The notes below the pieces were generated by a model, which was not told the DNA's origin, searched no databases, and saw nothing but the letters and a program-made list of their open reading frames with translations. Both the position numbers and the translations under genes were made by a program. 24,251 bases of DNA from Promethearchaeota archaeon (GTDB taxonomy: Archaea > Asgardarchaeota > Lokiarchaeia > Sigyniarchaeales > SOKP01): the NCBI GenBank assembly GCA_016930515.1, contig JAFGGO010000096.1, positions 1 through 24,251 of the forward strand. The letters run 5' to 3'. Of this stretch, positions 19,477-24,251 are shown one piece after another (the first letter of the stretch is position 1; every line of letters begins with the position of its first letter).

Positions 19477-20343
19477 TTATGCATTCCTTCGAATTTCCTC
19501 AGCCATCTTTATCATTTCTTGCAATTCAACATTTACATCATGAGTTCTTACAATGTGGGCCCCGTTATAGACGGCTATTGCCGTTGCTGAAAGAGTTCCA
19601 TTAAGACGATCTTCGGGTTGTGGTAAATTTAAAGTGGTACCAATAAAAGATTTTCTCGAAATAGCTACTAAAATCGGTTTGTTAAGAGATCTTAATTTCT
19701 TCAGATTTCCTATTATCTTTAAATCGTAATCGTGAGTTTTTTGTTCTATCCATTTTCCGATTCCAGGATCCAATATCAAGAAATTCTCATCGTATCCTTT
19801 ATTCTTGAGGCGATTAATGGTTTCTGTAAAAAGTTTTACCATTTCTTCCACCGTAAGAATATCTCCTGGTAAATTCTTCGAAGCCATTAGGATCGCTGGC
19901 AAATGGTGTTCGATTATAAATTTTTCAAGGAGGGGATCGGTTTGTAGACAACTCACATCGTTGATTAACATTAACTTTCCGTGTTTTGAAGCAATTTGGT
20001 AAGCTTTTTTTGCCACGATTTCGTATTGCGTATCGATCGAGATAATAATATTTCTAGGGATCGTCTTACACACAAGTTCCATTGCAGGTACAATTCTTTG
20101 AACCTCTTCTTCAATAGAAATCTTTTTTGACCAAGGTGCCGTCGAACGAGCTCCTAAGTCCAACATTTTAGCACCGTTTTCAATCATTTGACTGATTCCT
20201 TTCCGTATTTGCTCGGAATTTTGATACACAGAATCCCTATAAAATGATTCAGGGCTTAAATTGAGTACACCCATAAGGACGGTTGGATAATCGTCTCCTA
20301 TTTCCAGAACATCGAAGAATTTTGCCTTTATCTTGGTCATCAT
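19477..20343 (-). CDS. folP: Dihydropteroate synthase
   Basis: MGVLNLSPESFY, LDLGARST, ISIDT, INDVS, LILDPGIG, SRKSFIG, IVRTHDV. Start is more likely the ATG at 20343 or 20340 than 20418. Confidence 0.92.
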   Translation of the reverse strand: MMTKIKAKFFDVLEIGDDYPTVLMGVLNLSPESFYRDSVYQNSEQIRKGISQMIENGAKMLDLGARSTAPWSKKISIEEEVQRIVPAMELVCKTIPRNIIISIDTQYEIVAKKAYQIASKHGKLMLINDVSCLQTDPLLEKFIIEHHLPAILMASKNLPGDILTVEEMVKLFTETINRLKNKGYDENFLILDPGIGKWIEQKTHDYDLKIIGNLKKLRSLNKPILVAISRKSFIGTTLNLPQPEDRLNGTLSATAIAVYNGAHIVRTHDVNVELQEMIKMAEEIRRNA

Positions 20344-20510
20344 GTTCAAACTGATAAAAATTATCAATTGAGATCTAATATGGTAACTATTATTTGAAAT
20401 TTTATTATTTATATCCAATAATATTTCATGATAGATTATTTACGAAGGAATAATAAGAATTTAAAGAAATACAAGTGTATATAGATCAAAAATATGCTAC
20501 TGATCGCAAA

Positions 20511-21254
20511 ATGAATTGGCAAGAAGAAAAAGAACAACTCGGTCGAGAAATAGTTAACCTCTTATATGAGTGTAACATGATCGACACGTGGTATAAATCC
20601 AAACCCGAAGGCTGGACGCTCTTTTCGGGTTTGTGGAGCCCATTATACATAAATCTACGCCTAGTGGGTGGTTTTCCCATTGTATTAAAAAAGATCGGAT
20701 ATGCTTTAGCAAGATTAATTAAAGAAGAAATTAAAAACACAAGCCAAATAGTTGGAATCGCGTCTGCAGGAGTTCCAATCGCCACTGCTATATCGGTTGA
20801 AGGCGAAATTCCGATGGGATACACTCGCAAATTGGAAGGAATTAAAGACTTGAACGATTTTCAGAACAAGATCTCTTCATACGGTCAGCATAATTTAGTT
20901 GAGGGGACTTTTTTAGACGGAGAAAAAATCGTTCTCGTCGACGATTTGGTAACTTCTTTAGGAAGCAAGCTCATCGCTCGCGAGCAAGTGTTGTTTGAAG
21001 CATCAAGAAGAAATATCAACATTGATTGCAATGATATTGTTGTTATTTTGGACAGGGAACAAGGCGCAGATAAATTAGCCAAGGAGAAAAACCTGTCCTT
21101 ATTTTCCTTGATCAAGTTTACATCGAATGGAATCCATTGGTTAAAGGAAAGATTCTCCAAAGTCGAGTACGATATCATTAGCGATTACCTCATGAACACG
21201 GAGAAATATCAAGACAAACAAATCCAGCAAGAGCTTAAGAAGCTAGCTAGTTAA
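20511..21254 (+). CDS. pyrE: Orotate phosphoribosyltransferase
   Basis: TLFSGLWSPLYINLR, GIASAGVPIA, YTRK, PRPP loop VLVDDLVTSLGS, VILDREQG. ATG at 20511 is preferred over the GTG at 20475. Confidence 0.82.
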   Translation: MNWQEEKEQLGREIVNLLYECNMIDTWYKSKPEGWTLFSGLWSPLYINLRLVGGFPIVLKKIGYALARLIKEEIKNTSQIVGIASAGVPIATAISVEGEIPMGYTRKLEGIKDLNDFQNKISSYGQHNLVEGTFLDGEKIVLVDDLVTSLGSKLIAREQVLFEASRRNINIDCNDIVVILDREQGADKLAKEKNLSLFSLIKFTSNGIHWLKERFSKVEYDIISDYLMNTEKYQDKQIQQELKKLAS

Positions 21255-21330
21255 AGATTTTACAAGATTTAAATAATTATATTTTTGAAATGTAAATTGA
21301 TTTAATTCAAGCCAAATTATCTTTCGTGCA

Positions 21331-22110
21331 ATGCAGTTATTTTCTCTCAAGCTACCGTTAATAAAAAAAAACGATCCCCTACTGGAAATCATCGCGAATC
21401 AACTGGTTTCCGAAAAAAAACCCTTGAAAAACGGCGATGTAATGGTCATCTCAGAAAAAGTAGTAGCGACCTCTCAAGGTAGAGTGGTTAGTTTGAGCGA
21501 AGTCGGACCGATTTCTGAAAAAGCTAAAAAACTTGCTAAAAAATACGACATGGACGATAGGTTCGTAGAATTGATCTTGAGGGAAGCTACTACCATATTA
21601 GGAGGCATGACGCACGTGATCTTGGCAGAAGTGAACGATTTCCTGATTGCCAACGCGGGAATCGATCAATCGAATGCGGGACCCGACAATGTGGTTTTAC
21701 TCCCGTCAAATGTCAAGCAAGTAGCATGGGATTATTGGAACGAATTTAAGGCAAGGTTCAATCTTGAAAACCTTGGTATAATTATTGCTGACTCTCGAGT
21801 CCAACCATTAAGAGTGGGAACGATTGGGATTGCCATCGCAACTGCGGGCTTCGAACCCATTCAAGATTGCATTGGTCAGAGTGATTTATACGACAGACCT
21901 TTAGAGATCACCAAGAGGGCCGTGGCGGACGACCTTGCAAGCGCGGCACAATTCCTGCTCGGCGAAGCGGGAGAACAAACGCCCGTGGTCATTATCCAGG
22001 ATATTAAATTGAATTTTACAGATTCCCCACAAACCATCACAAGAATGCCTCCTGAAGAATGCCTATATATGAACATCTTCGCAAGATATTTAGAGAAGAG
22101 AAATAAATGA
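21331..22110 (+). CDS. cofE: Coenzyme F420-0:L-glutamate ligase family protein
   Basis: LPLIKKND, GDVMVISEKVV..SQGR, ANAGIDQSN, IIIADS, GTIGIAI, DLYDRPL.IT.RAVAD.LA.AA..LLGE..E.TPVVII. Confidence 0.88.
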   Translation: MQLFSLKLPLIKKNDPLLEIIANQLVSEKKPLKNGDVMVISEKVVATSQGRVVSLSEVGPISEKAKKLAKKYDMDDRFVELILREATTILGGMTHVILAEVNDFLIANAGIDQSNAGPDNVVLLPSNVKQVAWDYWNEFKARFNLENLGIIIADSRVQPLRVGTIGIAIATAGFEPIQDCIGQSDLYDRPLEITKRAVADDLASAAQFLLGEAGEQTPVVIIQDIKLNFTDSPQTITRMPPEECLYMNIFARYLEKRNK

Positions 22111-22268
22111 AGAGTTATCTCTTTTTTTGAGTTCTAATCGTCGTAAAAATACTAATTTTTTAGGGTTTTTCAACTCAAGCTTATTTATTCAAATTCATCC
22201 AAGATCTGTTTTTATACTAATCGTCAATATTTATCCTATAAATTAGTACAATTAAATGTGATATTCAA

Positions 22269-23918
22269 ATGTCAATCAAAAAAAAAAGTCTAAAAACAAA
22301 AATAATATTATTTTTAGGAATTTTACAAATTATTTTTTTCTCAACAATGGCAACCATATTTTCCATTTCTATTCAAAGTGGAAATCAAACCGACTTAAAT
22401 GTTTTAACTCGTACTTCAGAAAAATTACTCTGGAACAATAACGGTAGCGTAATCTCAATTGCGAATTATTCACAAGGGGGAGGGGGAAACGTGCACAAAA
22501 TGATATCATCTGAAACGGGAGGTGCAATAATCGCTTGGGTTGATGCGAGAAATACAGATGACCCATATTGGGACATATACGCTCAAAAGATCAAATCTAA
22601 CGGAGAGGTCGAATGGTATCAAGACGGTATTCCTATTTGTACAGCGAACGATTCGCAAGTCTATCTCCAAATGATTAGCGATGGCGCTGGTGGAGCAATT
22701 ATCGCATGGGAAGATCACAGGGATTTCGATACGAATGGAATAGATTTATACGCTCAAAAGATTGATGCAAACGGAGATTCTCAATGGTTAGAGGACGGAA
22801 TAATTGTTTGCGATAAAATTGGTTCTCAAAGACACATTCAATTGGTTTCGGATGGAGCAGGTGGAGCAATATTAGTGTGGTCGGATGGTAGAGATCAAGC
22901 TATAAATCAATACAATATCTATTGCCAAAGATTATCGTCTATAGGAGAGAAAGTATGGGATTCTGATGGCGTTCCTATCTGTTGTTGGCCTGGAAATCAA
23001 ATGAAACCTGAGCTCGTAAGCGATCTCAATGGAGGAGCAATTATAGCATGGCAAGATAATCGGAGCGGTAATTATGACCTCTATTCTCAGAGAATAAATT
23101 CAACAGGAGAGAAATTATGGGATCAATTCGATGTTCCTATATGCGTCGCCCCGGAGGTCCAGGAATATTTAGCAATCTCTGAAGATGATGATGGTGGAGC
23201 GATTTTAACATGGAGAGATGAGCGATACGACGGAGAAAAAGGAGATATTTACGCTCAAAAAATAAATTCGACTGGAATGGTAGAATGGGATTACAACGGC
23301 GTTTTGGTCGCAATTAGAAACGGAAAAATTTATTCGCCACAGATTATAAACGATGGTGTTGGTGGGTCTATTTTGGTTTGGAACGAATATTATGATGGTG
23401 AAGAAAATATATATGCTCAAAAGATTGACGCTAATGGAACGCTAAAATGGTCTAATAATGGCATGGATGTCTGCACAGAGCCTAACGATCAATATAACCC
23501 TTCTATCTGCTCAGATGGCAAAGAAGGTGTCGTTATTACGTGGAACGATGTAAGAAGAGAGAATAACTACGATATTTACGCTCAATCAATCGATTCGAAC
23601 GGAAATTCTAGCTGGAAATCAAATGGTGCTGAAATTTGCACTTCAATTGGGCACCAAACCAATCCCATAATTATTTCAGATAACGCAGGTGGATTCATAA
23701 TATCTTGGATTGATTATAGAAATAGTGAGATCTATAGTGATCTATATGCTCAAAAGATATCTTTTTCAGAAGATTCTACCCAATCAGGAGGAGCCGGGGA
23801 AATAAACAATAATTTGTTGAGTAATGAAATTATTTTCTTTATGTTAGGCGCATTGGCTTCTGCGGGTATATTTATTACAATCGCAGTTGTGAAAAAAATT
23901 ATTAGCAAAAAACAATAA
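22269..23918 (+). CDS. Secreted/membrane-anchored surface protein with eight ~55-aa repeats (predicted beta-propeller)
   Basis: Basic N-terminus plus hydrophobic segment. Repeats of the form SDGxGGAIIAWxDxR...DIYAQKIxxxG...W...G..IC. C-terminal TM (IIFFMLGALASAGIFITIAVV) followed by KKIISKKQ. Several N-x-S/T sequons. Confidence 0.85.
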   Translation: MSIKKKSLKTKIILFLGILQIIFFSTMATIFSISIQSGNQTDLNVLTRTSEKLLWNNNGSVISIANYSQGGGGNVHKMISSETGGAIIAWVDARNTDDPYWDIYAQKIKSNGEVEWYQDGIPICTANDSQVYLQMISDGAGGAIIAWEDHRDFDTNGIDLYAQKIDANGDSQWLEDGIIVCDKIGSQRHIQLVSDGAGGAILVWSDGRDQAINQYNIYCQRLSSIGEKVWDSDGVPICCWPGNQMKPELVSDLNGGAIIAWQDNRSGNYDLYSQRINSTGEKLWDQFDVPICVAPEVQEYLAISEDDDGGAILTWRDERYDGEKGDIYAQKINSTGMVEWDYNGVLVAIRNGKIYSPQIINDGVGGSILVWNEYYDGEENIYAQKIDANGTLKWSNNGMDVCTEPNDQYNPSICSDGKEGVVITWNDVRRENNYDIYAQSIDSNGNSSWKSNGAEICTSIGHQTNPIIISDNAGGFIISWIDYRNSEIYSDLYAQKISFSEDSTQSGGAGEINNNLLSNEIIFFMLGALASAGIFITIAVVKKIISKKQ

Positions 23919-23946
23919 TACGGGTAATTTTATATCAGTAATTCTC

Positions 23947-24000
23947 GTCTTTTTTTTTATTATAAAGTGTTTTTCTTTAAAAACATAAATTTTTTTTTTC
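23947..24000 (+). terminator. Oligo-T tracts, putative terminator
   Basis: Long T runs starting about 30 nt after the stop at 23918. Confidence 0.4.
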
Positions 24001-24251
24001 ATTCAATTAAGGAAAAATTAGAAGGATTATAGATAAATTATATTAAAACAAGTTTTCTTGATAAAGGTTTACAAATCAATTAATTATTTCCAATAACGAT
24101 TCCATTACTTTTTTTGATGGATTAGCAGGTCCAAGCGAATGATTGATCAAAATCGTCCAATATGCATTTATATGCCAAAATCTATCATTTAATCACAAGA
24201 AACATAGAAGTTATTTGAATAATAATACAATAAGGGAATAAAAATTTATCA

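Noticed and set aside
24124-24133. 10-bp match (agcaggtcca) to the end of the BspA remnant at 12765-12774
   Set aside because: Too short, with no flanking similarity; compatible with chance.

Overview
AT-rich archaeal chromosomal region, most likely from an Asgard archaeon (Lokiarchaeia-like). This is inferred from several eukaryotic-signature-type genes (Roadblock/LC7, an actin-related protein, an MglA-type small GTPase, a Vps29/YfcE-like phosphoesterase) occurring with TTTATA boxes and oligo-T terminators. The first 12.5 kb is a co-oriented + strand run: Roadblock; a multi-Cdc48-N-domain/Pro-rich/vWA protein with no AAA+ module; an AbrB-ACT regulator; a disordered/coiled-coil protein; a divergent Arp; a helical-solenoid protein with an apparently dead CHAT (caspase-like) domain; a coiled-coil plus apparently dead PLD-fold protein; an orphan N6-adenine DNA methyltransferase; and a DEAD-box helicase. 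The second half holds a BspA/DUF285 pseudogene fragment, MglA, the phosphoesterase, gyrBA, folP, pyrE, cofE and a membrane-anchored 8-repeat putative beta-propeller. The best candidates for an undescribed system are the Arp/pseudo-caspase cluster (3541-8959) and the Roadblock plus Cdc48N-vWA pair (122-2870). All domain calls come from reading motifs by eye; no database search was run.
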